Positions 1-6,926 of a stretch of DNA of 28,036 bases are shown in pieces. The stretch lies in the IMG/VR virus record IMGVR_UViG_3300044214_000008, positions 1-28,036 of that record, one strand, 5' to 3'. The DNA comes from a virus (Duplodnaviria > Caudoviricetes). Position numbers and translations under genes: made by a program. The notes under the pieces were generated by a model. That model worked only from the letters and a program-made list of their open reading frames with translations. It was not told the DNA's origin and did no database searches. The number at the start of each line of letters is the position of its first letter. The first letter of the stretch is position 1.

Positions 1-42
1 ATTAATTGCTGCCCTCACGGATTCTAACTCGTCTGGAGTTAA
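1..42. repeat. 42-bp terminal direct repeat (left copy), probably assembly circularisation overlap
   Basis: attaattgctgccctcacggattctaactcgtctggagttaa at 1-42 is identical to 27995-28036. Confidence 0.97.
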
Positions 43-213
43 AAAGATATTCATTGTTGCCCAACCCGTTTCCGGTGTATATCTGGCAACTCGTAAATGG
101 TATTCACCAGGCCTAAATTCAGATAGATTGACAGCCAATTGATAATCCTCACGATTAACCACATTAGCAGCGGGTGGCGTTCTTCCTGGTTGTGTTGTTG
201 TATATTTCTGCAT
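1..213 (-). CDS. Hypothetical protein, 73 aa, spanning the circular junction (ends at TGA 27986-27988)
   Basis: Hand translation: MQKYTTTQPGRTPPAANVVNREDYQLAVNLSEFRPGEYHLRVARYTPETGWATMNIFLTPDELESVRAAINGS*. GGAG SD lies upstream, and the 3' end overlaps the terS start. Absent from the ORF track because it wraps. Confidence 0.8.
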   Translation of the reverse strand, partial: MQKYTTTQPGRTPPAANVVNREDYQLAVNLSEFRPGEYHLRVARYTPETGWATMNIFLTPDELESVRAAIN

Positions 214-266
214 AATTATTTACTCCAATTAAATCTGATTAAATCTGGTTTGAATCAATTTTGATA

Positions 267-289
267 GATTTTGATTAATAATCAAAATC
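267..289. promoter_or_regulatory. Perfect 11-bp inverted repeat (possible operator)
   Basis: GATTTTGATTA-A-TAATCAAAATC in the AT-rich gap upstream of the 73-aa/terS/terL genes. Confidence 0.4.
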
Positions 290-290
290 A

Positions 291-434
291 TTAGTTTACA
301 ACCCAATTATATAAGCTGATCAGTGCCCATGCTGCCAAACCAATCTGTGCCAGTGTTAAAAAGAAGTTTACCATAATCAAGTTCTCAATTTTTAATTTGA
401 GTAATTCCTCTTCTGTAACTTTTACCTTAAACAT
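291..434 (-). CDS. Small single-pass membrane protein, 47 aa
   Basis: Hand translation: MFKVKVTEEELLKLKIENLIMVNFFLTLAQIGLAAWALISLYNWVVN*. GGAG SD; start overlaps the end of the upstream ORF; hydrophobic C-terminal half. Confidence 0.75.
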   Translation of the reverse strand: MFKVKVTEEELLKLKIENLIMVNFFLTLAQIGLAAWALISLYNWVVN

Positions 435-702
435 TATTTTCTCCAATTGCTATGTAACTAAAGTCTTCAGTATTAAATCTCTGATTTAATCTATCTACTT
501 GATGTTGTGCTGTTGCTTGTGTATTGTAGAGCATTTTATTGTATTTGAATTGTGGTCCCGCCATTTGATGATGGTGACTGCGTATTCCCACTGGTTTGTT
601 TTTGTAAACTATCATGTAAACTGCTGGGCTGCTGGTAATGTCCCAAATGACATTATTCTCATCAGCACATGTTTCTATAATTTTAGGTCCTGGTCTTGCC
701 AT
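427..702 (-). CDS. Conserved-looking phage hypothetical protein, 91 aa (MARPGPKII...)
   Basis: ORF track 427..738. ATG at 702 preferred because GAGGA SD precedes it and it avoids overlap with 704..919. Confidence 0.8.
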   Translation of the reverse strand: MARPGPKIIETCADENNVIWDITSSPAVYMIVYKNKPVGIRSHHHQMAGPQFKYNKMLYNTQATAQHQVDRLNQRFNTEDFSYIAIGENNV

Positions 703-703
703 G

Positions 704-919
704 TTATACTGTCCTCGCTGTAAAATATTTGAATGCATGGGGATGTTTTAGTTTTGCCATGAGATAATCCTCTTCTGTAATTTGTGCCCAGTGATATTCT
801 AAGTTTATATTAGTGCCTGTTTTAATGGCATTGGTTTTTAGCACATTCACCACTTCGTCATGTCTATCTTCTTCTCGTAATAGCTCATATGCAAATGTGC
901 TGATTCTTAATTCAATCAT
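704..919 (-). CDS. Hypothetical protein, 71 aa
   Basis: ORF tightly packed between its neighbours on the coding strand. Confidence 0.75.
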   Translation of the reverse strand: MIELRISTFAYELLREEDRHDEVVNVLKTNAIKTGTNINLEYHWAQITEEDYLMAKLKHPHAFKYFTARTV

Positions 920-1220
920 TTACTTCATCCAATAAGTATTCCACCATATGTGGATTTTGTCTAAAAAAGTGTATTAGACTGAGCGCAATTAAATCGGTTT
1001 GTCGCTCTGTTAGATCCAGTTCCAACTTGATTTCCCAACTATGCACTATTTCGTGCCATATTGTTTGTCGCATACTGGATTCGCATTGACCTGGGTTTAT
1101 GACTACTTCAAGTTCATCTGCTTTACATAAACCAAGATCTGTGGGTAATTCGTGTAAGTGGGCAGCCCTAATCGTCCAGGGCTGGTCAAATAAGTCAAAG
1201 TTGACTGGTAGATATATCAC
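912..1220 (-). CDS. Small HExxH zinc-metallopeptidase-like (minimal zincin) protein
   Basis: IWHEIVH motif preceded by LGLC...EVVIN and followed by a downstream Glu (TERQ). GTG start with AGGAG SD. Confidence 0.7.
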   Translation of the reverse strand: MIYLPVNFDLFDQPWTIRAAHLHELPTDLGLCKADELEVVINPGQCESSMRQTIWHEIVHSWEIKLELDLTERQTDLIALSLIHFFRQNPHMVEYLLDEVND

Positions 1221-1241
1221 TTGTTGTTCTCCTGTAATGTA

Positions 1242-1247
1242 TATTTA
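1242..1247 (-). promoter_or_regulatory. TAAATA late-type promoter motif
   Basis: GAAATAAATAT about 21 nt upstream of the GTG start at 1220. Confidence 0.6.
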
Positions 1248-1297
1248 TTTCTATGCTCATATATCTACTTGTTTAGGGGTAAATTTTGGGTATTTTA

Positions 1298-1531
1298 CCG
1301 AAGTAAGATTTTGATAAAATCAATTGAAAACTTTTTTTACGATAAAAAAAAAGAATGCTCTTTTTATTTTCATTCTTTTTTTTTACGATAAAACTTTCAT
1401 TAAAATATCTTACTATCTTACTTCAAAGAGTATAATATATATAAAAACAGTGTTTTAGGTATCTGCAACGCTGTTTTTCCGAAGTAAGATTTTTTTCCAT
1501 ATCTTACTTCGAAGTAAGATTTTCTTACTTC
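1298..1531. repeat. Putative replication origin with iterons
   Basis: GAAGTAAGAT at 1300, 1481, 1511; its inverse ATCTTACTTC at 1415 and 1501, partial at 1407 and 1523. Perfect 20-bp palindrome at 1501-1520. Very AT-rich, and directly downstream of the helicase gene. Confidence 0.75.
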
Positions 1532-3168
1532 ATGAGCCCTTTCAACACTGTGACCGTGGGTTTTTCTTGTCGTTCATCAAGCCAATTGTGTAATCCCAGC
1601 ACTCTACCGGCATCATCTTTATTAAGATAAACATTTTCATTATAGGATCTTACTACGCGACCATTCACCGAATTGTTTACCAACATTTTCCCTTGTCCCT
1701 CTTGAGCGTTTAATTGCCAACTTTGGCGTTCACCATAACGCCATCCCACAACCAAACCCCGGGCAACTTGATCAGTCAAACCCGCAATAAATTTATTTCT
1801 ACCCAAAACACCACGATTATTGTAATGCTGTTTACCAATTTCCTTATAAACAATGTATAAATCATCCATCATAAATGCCAGTGGTTTATGATCATAATCC
1901 GCCAATAAAACTGTTTCAATAAGTTGATCCAAAGGGCTCTTATGTGCTTCCACCATTCTATCAAAAGCCTCACCATGATATGCGGCTACAGGACGATCCT
2001 CTTTAATTTTGGCCAGCAAGTAGCCTAACCAAATGCTTAAGTTTCCATCTGTAAAATCTTCCTGCACAAGTCGATCCCAAGCCGCTTTGTATTCAGCTTC
2101 ATCCTTTTTATCGTATATTTGATTCTTGCGTTTAGCCATCCAATAAAACAAATCTTTAGTATAATGTATGGCGCTGATTCGTCGTGTTGTGCTATCATTG
2201 CTGATACTGAGTGGTCCGCCTGCTCCCTGTCCACTGACATGTAACCACATAATATTGGGAACACTAACTACATCACTATAAAGTTTCTTCATGAGAAAGT
2301 CTTTGTTACCCGCAATACTCTTAAAACGATCGTAGTCTGATTTACTGTCAATGGTTTCATCCACCAGCACACATACTTTACCCAATAGCATAGCAGGGTT
2401 TTCAGTCAAGGTCTTAAAGTTGGTTACTGCACAGGACTTCTTAAAGATCTTACTGAGTATGTGTGTATTAAGTTCATTTTTACCCACACCCCCTTGTCCA
2501 AACATCAGTAAATTTGGGATTTTGTAATCACCGGGATGCCTATATTTTCTAACAATACATTCCTCCAAGTGATCTCTAATTTCAATGTCACCAGCACTGA
2601 GACTTTCCATGAGTAAATCAATACCCTGGGGACATTTATATGTTTTTACTATACCCGTATATTCCTGGGCTTTTAACCAATTATCACTTACACCCTGTGC
2701 CAAATTAAATGTAGTTTCCGGACAGTAACCAAAAGTAAATGTGTAATCAAGATAATTTCTATTTTCCTTTTCCAATAGGGAATGGAATATATTTTGTTCA
2801 GTTTTATTTTGGAACCTAAAGATCTCACGATCTATTTGTGTTAAATCTCGTGCGTGGTATTCATCGTTTATTTTAACCATGTAACCCTTTTGCCCAATGA
2901 TCTGCTTAACATCAAATTGATTAATTTTATCCAATAATATCTCCGCTATTCTTGCACTGTATTGTTCGCTACTTTCTATTTCAGCTTGTATCTTTGCTGA
3001 TTTAATTTGTTGTAATTCTTCAACTAAGGCAGTTACTCGATCACTGGCCTGTTTAACCAATTCTTGATTCTTACCGCTGGTTTCATCTCGTCGTAACTTA
3101 TTATGTGCATCTGCCAGTCCTTTCCTGGCTGCTGTTAATTCAGGCCTAACTATATTTTCATCTCTCAT
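1525..3168 (-). CDS. Superfamily 3 (D5/P4-alpha-like) replicative helicase
   Basis: Walker A FGQGGVGKN, Walker B VLVDE, FKSIAG...MKKLY motif, TTRRI arginine finger, probable winged-helix C-terminus. Overlaps the primase stop (ATGA). Confidence 0.85.
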   Translation of the reverse strand: MRDENIVRPELTAARKGLADAHNKLRRDETSGKNQELVKQASDRVTALVEELQQIKSAKIQAEIESSEQYSARIAEILLDKINQFDVKQIIGQKGYMVKINDEYHARDLTQIDREIFRFQNKTEQNIFHSLLEKENRNYLDYTFTFGYCPETTFNLAQGVSDNWLKAQEYTGIVKTYKCPQGIDLLMESLSAGDIEIRDHLEECIVRKYRHPGDYKIPNLLMFGQGGVGKNELNTHILSKIFKKSCAVTNFKTLTENPAMLLGKVCVLVDETIDSKSDYDRFKSIAGNKDFLMKKLYSDVVSVPNIMWLHVSGQGAGGPLSISNDSTTRRISAIHYTKDLFYWMAKRKNQIYDKKDEAEYKAAWDRLVQEDFTDGNLSIWLGYLLAKIKEDRPVAAYHGEAFDRMVEAHKSPLDQLIETVLLADYDHKPLAFMMDDLYIVYKEIGKQHYNNRGVLGRNKFIAGLTDQVARGLVVGWRYGERQSWQLNAQEGQGKMLVNNSVNGRVVRSYNENVYLNKDDAGRVLGLHNWLDERQEKPTVTVLKGLMK

Positions 3169-4208
3169 TTTATATTCCTATACTTAAATTGCTTAAATGT
3201 TGGCCTTCTCATGTCAGCCAAGACATCTACTTTTTTATTCTCTCGTTTGGGCTCTATACCGTTATGTGCTTTAATAAACTCATCACGCTTGTCAGCTCTA
3301 ATTCTATCACTGGTCCAACTAATCCAGGCATTTCTGCGTGTATGGGGATTCATTAACTGGCTATCTGCACTGGCTATTCTTTGACAAATATTATCAAACT
3401 CGTCATAACTACAACCGATACTTTTACATATACTAACCAAAGTTAGCACACCCAAATTATTGGCACCTTGCCCAGCATAGTGTAATCCACTGCAAGTCAG
3501 CAGGCTTTTTATAATGGATTCCTTATATTGTGCAGCCTGTTGTGATGTTAATGTAGTTGTGTTATCTCTAACTGGTTCCACATATACTTTAGGTGCCCTA
3601 TACTCAAAATCATTATAGGGATCCAACATGTAACCTTTGTTGTGATAGACAATGGGATCATTGGAACCACTATGGAAGTAAAAACTTTGGCTCAGCGTAA
3701 AACTTGCATGATCCACCAAAGGATACCTTTCTATAATGCTGGCTTGTCTACCCGCAATATCCTGCGCCAATAATGGTTGACTAAAAGGTATTACAATCCT
3801 AAATTTATGCCGATTAAATGTATGACGGAATGTGGTGTAAAGGACATATTCAATTGATTGGAATGTAGCCATGGCTTCTTCCAGTGTCATATTCTCATCC
3901 ACATCCAATACGATGCCTGTGAGGCTTATCACATTATTTTTACAACGCCTAACAGTATTGGGTATTTCGTCATAAGCCCCGGTGGCGTCTCTAACAAACA
4001 CCCCATCTATCACGGTGCCTTTATAACGCCTACCCTGTTCTGCATCTGGGCCTGCTTGCTTAAACTCCGCCATGTTAAACATAAGAACATCTTCCTTACG
4101 GTCGGCAGGATGATGGCGCATTAATAGCTGTGCAATATCCTGCCAGGGTAAATCCATATGCTCTAACACATAGGCTTTACCCACACTCTTAAATGTAGAA
4201 ATAACCAT
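3165..4208 (-). CDS. AEP-superfamily primase (prim-pol) with helical C-terminal domain
   Basis: GIVLDVD catalytic DxD, LYTTFRH, KFRIVIPFSQP and VDHAS motifs; adjacent to the SF3 helicase. Confidence 0.8.
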   Translation of the reverse strand: MVISTFKSVGKAYVLEHMDLPWQDIAQLLMRHHPADRKEDVLMFNMAEFKQAGPDAEQGRRYKGTVIDGVFVRDATGAYDEIPNTVRRCKNNVISLTGIVLDVDENMTLEEAMATFQSIEYVLYTTFRHTFNRHKFRIVIPFSQPLLAQDIAGRQASIIERYPLVDHASFTLSQSFYFHSGSNDPIVYHNKGYMLDPYNDFEYRAPKVYVEPVRDNTTTLTSQQAAQYKESIIKSLLTCSGLHYAGQGANNLGVLTLVSICKSIGCSYDEFDNICQRIASADSQLMNPHTRRNAWISWTSDRIRADKRDEFIKAHNGIEPKRENKKVDVLADMRRPTFKQFKYRNIK

Positions 4209-4211
4209 GGC

Positions 4212-4379
4212 TTAAAACCACAAGTCTGCTTCTGAGATTTTAATATTGTTCAGATAACAATACTGGTGTATCTCCCTAAGAACCTCGGTGATATTATTAT
4301 AAGCGTCGTTGTTAGGATAGTGCTGCAATTGTGTGGCCAATCCAATCATGGCTTCAATTAGATCTTGTTTACACAACAT
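4212..4379 (-). CDS. Hypothetical protein, 55 aa
   Basis: Hand translation: MLCKQDLIEAMIGLATQLQHYPNNDAYNNITEVLREIHQYCYLNNIKISEADLWF*. GGAG SD; fills the gap between 4369..4734 and the primase. Confidence 0.75.
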   Translation of the reverse strand: MLCKQDLIEAMIGLATQLQHYPNNDAYNNITEVLREIHQYCYLNNIKISEADLWF

Positions 4380-4734
4380 GATTGGTCTCCAGGTCAGATT
4401 CCAGTTCCTCTACAAACTGATCCAATATGGTTTGTATATCGTCTTCGCAATGCACAACTCTTACTATACTGTCTGCATTTACTAAAGGCTCCCCGGTCTT
4501 TCTATGTTTACCGGTTTTTTTAATTTTTAACCCATTGACAATGATACCAAAGCCTTCATCATACCCTTGTATGATGTCGCTCCAACGGCGAAAGTTTTGA
4601 TTACTTTCGTCCACATAAGTGTGGGCAATTTGATTGTTTGTATTGGCAAATGTAATTTCATATATTTCATTGCCGTAAATGCTTGGGCGTTGTGTGACCT
4701 TCATCACCACCCAGTTTTGGGATAGTTCTTTCAT
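4369..4734 (-). CDS. Hypothetical protein, 121 aa, first gene of the replication operon
   Basis: AGGAG SD at 4741-4745; beta-rich pattern with an acidic C-terminal tail. Confidence 0.8.
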   Translation of the reverse strand: MKELSQNWVVMKVTQRPSIYGNEIYEITFANTNNQIAHTYVDESNQNFRRWSDIIQGYDEGFGIIVNGLKIKKTGKHRKTGEPLVNADSIVRVVHCEDDIQTILDQFVEELESDLETNHVV

Positions 4735-4761
4735 ATGTAACTCCTAATTATAACATAGCAT

Positions 4762-4790
4762 ATTCTATATGTATAGTATTTATTAGTCAA
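4762..4790 (-). promoter_or_regulatory. Sigma70-type promoter with TAAATA embedded in the spacer
   Basis: TTGACT (4790-4785), 17-nt spacer, TAGAAT (4767-4762). TAAATA at 4782-4777. Confidence 0.75.
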
Positions 4791-4825
4791 GTCACTTTTT
4801 AACCGGATATGCTGCTAAAAATGGG

Positions 4826-4861
4826 AAAAAGATAAAGCCCCGGATCATTGCAATCCGGGGC
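4826..4861 (-). terminator. Intrinsic terminator
   Basis: GCCCCGGAT-TGCAATG-ATCCGGGGC (9-bp stem) followed by TTTATCTTTTT. Confidence 0.85.
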
Positions 4862-4940
4862 CTTATAAGAGCTATAACATTACCGAGAAAGGTTTTTTTG
4901 ACATAACAATTGGAGTTGATAACATCAAAGCCCTCGAAAA
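4826..4940 (-). ncRNA. Candidate small RNA A (about 105-110 nt)
   Basis: TAAATA at 4946-4941, then an ORF-less stretch with a possible stem (TTTGATGT/ATGTCAAA) presenting ACTCCAATTG, then the terminator. Confidence 0.45.
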
Positions 4941-4943
4941 TAT

Positions 4944-5162
4944 TTAGTCCTCATTATTCAATTCCTGCTGTAGTTTAGCGAACTGTCTCTGTTTAGTTTC
5001 TATTACTTCAATTAGATTCAGTTCCTTACGCAATTGGTGTAATGCTTCGGCTACTTCATGTCCTGTGGGATAGCGTTTATAAAATTCCCACATCCAAGCT
5101 AATGCTTCTGTAACGCCTTCAGGATCTGCATCAGTAATATAATAATCATATTTTGGTTTCAT
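4944..5162 (-). CDS. Hypothetical protein, 72 aa
   Basis: AGGA SD; ATGA overlap with the upstream gene; coiled-coil-like C-terminus. Confidence 0.75.
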   Translation of the reverse strand: MKPKYDYYITDADPEGVTEALAWMWEFYKRYPTGHEVAEALHQLRKELNLIEVIETKQRQFAKLQQELNNED

Positions 5163-5434
5163 CTAATGTATCCTATTGTTTGTCCATTTCGATCAGTTAT
5201 AATTCTACGACTGACACTGGCACGCCCGCCACCACACCAACTGGGCATTTGATATCCTTCTGGACGAGCCAGTTCTTTACGGCGGGCTTCATTGGTTCCA
5301 CCTGTTTGGCAGGGATCCGCTTGGTCGTAGTGTAATGCTATACGATCAAATACAGGATGTCCGGGTCCAAATGCACAACCTGTAACAGTGGCAGTTAGAA
5401 TTATGATTGGGAGTTTATTCATCATCCACTTCAT
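5159..5434 (-). CDS. Predicted lipoprotein
   Basis: MKWMMNKLPIIILTATVTG-C: basic N-region, hydrophobic core and lipobox-like VTGC. GAGGT precedes ATG 5434; the exact start is uncertain (5446/5434/5425/5422). Confidence 0.65.
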   Translation of the reverse strand: MKWMMNKLPIIILTATVTGCAFGPGHPVFDRIALHYDQADPCQTGGTNEARRKELARPEGYQMPSWCGGGRASVSRRIITDRNGQTIGYIR

Positions 5435-5609
5435 AAACGACCTCATAGTATTCTTTAATGATACGAGCCCGATACATTTCGGGTATGTTTGCTTTTGCTT
5501 CTTTCAATGAAGGATAGTATCCAACCTCATGCCACCGAGGCTCCAGTTCTTGCCCGGTCCGTCTATGTTGCCTATGCTTGAGTATTTGGACACTATATGA
5601 GAAGTTCAT
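5415..5609 (-). CDS. Hypothetical protein, 64 aa
   Basis: Coding-strand ORF with TAAATA at 5648-5643 upstream; weak SD. Confidence 0.65.
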   Translation of the reverse strand: MNFSYSVQILKHRQHRRTGQELEPRWHEVGYYPSLKEAKANIPEMYRARIIKEYYEVVYEVDDE

Positions 5610-5832
5610 AATCTTATTATGACACCTATGTAAATTATTGCCTATTTAATTCCAGCGAAAAAACCTGCTCTGCAGATACCGCGGATAGCGAAAAAACCGT
5701 TGTTTTTTTGCGATTTTCCTAAACACCCTGGTTTTGATCTATTCACTATCATGGATACATACGCAATTCTTAAGGGCCCTAAAAACGCATTATTTTTAGT
5801 AATACGGAATTACTACATAATACTTTTACCAT

Positions 5833-5864
5833 AAAAAATCCCCCAAGCGTTTCCGCCGGGGGGA
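5833..5864 (-). terminator. Intrinsic terminator
   Basis: TCCCCCCGGCG-GAAA-CGCTTGGGGGA followed by TTTTTT (GNRA loop). Confidence 0.85.
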
Positions 5865-5919
5865 CCAAGTATTAGGATACATATGAGACAAATAAATCGG
5901 GAGACTAACTTGTCATATA
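5833..5919 (-). ncRNA. Candidate small RNA B (about 80 nt)
   Basis: TAAATA at 5925-5920, just after the preceding terminator; no minus-strand ORF; contains TCTCCC and TCATATGTATCCTAAT; has its own terminator. Confidence 0.55.
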
Positions 5920-5936
5920 TATTTATCTATTGACAT

Positions 5937-5968
5937 AAGAAAAGCCCCAGGTTTGTGACCCAGGGCTT
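5937..5968 (-). terminator. Intrinsic terminator
   Basis: AAGCCCTGGGT-CACAA-ACCTGGGGCTT followed by TTCTT. Confidence 0.8.
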
Positions 5969-6018
5969 CCGAGGATAAAAAGCTACTCAAAATGGCCTAA
6001 TATTCATTGTAGCAATTT
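5937..6018 (-). ncRNA. Candidate small RNA C (about 75 nt)
   Basis: TAAATA at 6024-6019; GCTAC...GTAGC stem enclosing GGCCATTTT; linker TTTTTATCCTC; terminator. Confidence 0.5.
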
Positions 6019-6064
6019 TATTTAGCATATTAAAAACAGGTAGGCTAATCCCTGTAGTGAGTAA

Positions 6065-6622
6065 TTATGATATCACGCGATCCTCGGGATCGATATCGTA
6101 TGCTAAGGTTAAAGATTCGAGATTCTCACGAGGAGAACCAAGATGTGTTTGCATCCAGTCCCCATCATCTTCAAAATATTTACTACGGAAGTTCTCATAA
6201 TAGCCCGTTAGATACAGGTTCTCATTTTCAGTTAACACTGTGGCGTTCTTCTTACTCCATAACAATGTTTTTCTATTACGGTCTTTTTGTTCACGCTCGT
6301 TACGCCAATATATTCGAACTTGTAATGTGTGTAACCAAGCCATAAATTCTTCTTCTTGTTCTTTTGGAACATGGTAAACACTCCACCAAAACTTATCTTT
6401 CTTGGGGCGATATAAAACTTGGTTCTCAATAAACTTACATTCTATAGGATGAGTTGTATAAATTGCGTGGTTATAGTTATCGGGTTCAGGGAACTTAAAG
6501 TCACTGATCCGTTCATATGGTTTAACCCAACCAATATGACCGGAGATTGCGACCCGTGGGTCCTTAACTATTTTACTGGTGGACCCATGGATCCAAAATA
6601 TTTCTGCAAAAGGATATCTCAT
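6065..6622 (-). CDS. Hypothetical protein, 185 aa
   Basis: Long coding-strand ORF, aromatic-rich; no recognisable motif and no obvious SD. Confidence 0.75.
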   Translation of the reverse strand: MRYPFAEIFWIHGSTSKIVKDPRVAISGHIGWVKPYERISDFKFPEPDNYNHAIYTTHPIECKFIENQVLYRPKKDKFWWSVYHVPKEQEEEFMAWLHTLQVRIYWRNEREQKDRNRKTLLWSKKNATVLTENENLYLTGYYENFRSKYFEDDGDWMQTHLGSPRENLESLTLAYDIDPEDRVIS

Positions 6623-6653
6623 GTTTTAATTTATGCCAAATACTCTGCACAAA

Positions 6654-6926
6654 TTAATGGGTGATGATATACCCAATCACAGTCAATATAGCTGTAGCAA
6701 TAGTTCCGATAGTGGTAATCAACTGGATCGTTCGGGCATTACTTTGTCTTTCCAAAAGGAGTCTAAGATCACTGAACCCTGTCTGCACATCCACTTTAAG
6801 CGAAGACATTTTATCTTCCACGGTAGTGAGTCGTTTCTCGATATCATCAAACTTCTCCTCTATTCCCTTGTATCTCAGAGCGCAAATCTCCACATGAGCC
6901 GCTAAGTTACTTTCTTCTTGTGTCAT
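6654..6926 (-). CDS. Coiled-coil protein with C-terminal transmembrane helix (XhlA/holin-like architecture)
   Basis: Heptad region IEEKFDDIEKRLTTVEDKMSSLK, then hydrophobic LITTIGTIATAILTVIGYII; lies after the tail-fibre genes. Confidence 0.65.
   Translation of the reverse strand: MTQEESNLAAHVEICALRYKGIEEKFDDIEKRLTTVEDKMSSLKVDVQTGFSDLRLLLERQSNARTIQLITTIGTIATAILTVIGYIITH

Noticed and set aside
1-42. Biological direct terminal repeat of the virion DNA
   Set aside because: It is short and falls inside a coding region; an assembler overlap on a circular or permuted genome explains it more simply.
217-222. TAAATA as a promoter for the 73-aa gene
   Set aside because: It lies between the SD and the ATG, so a transcript starting from it would not include the initiation region.
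1298-1531. CRISPR-like array
   Set aside because: Repeats are only about 10 bp, in both orientations and irregularly spaced; no cas genes. Iterons fit better.
5883-5933. Plus-strand 16-aa peptide MRQINRETNLSYIFIY with AGGA SD (type I toxin-like, antisense to unit B)
   Set aside because: Very short, not hydrophobic enough for a typical type I toxin, and no clear plus-strand promoter. Not excluded; ribosome profiling would settle it.
4826-6024. tRNA genes in the GC-rich hairpin regions
   Set aside because: No cloverleaf or T-loop GTTC motif; the hairpins have U tails typical of terminators.
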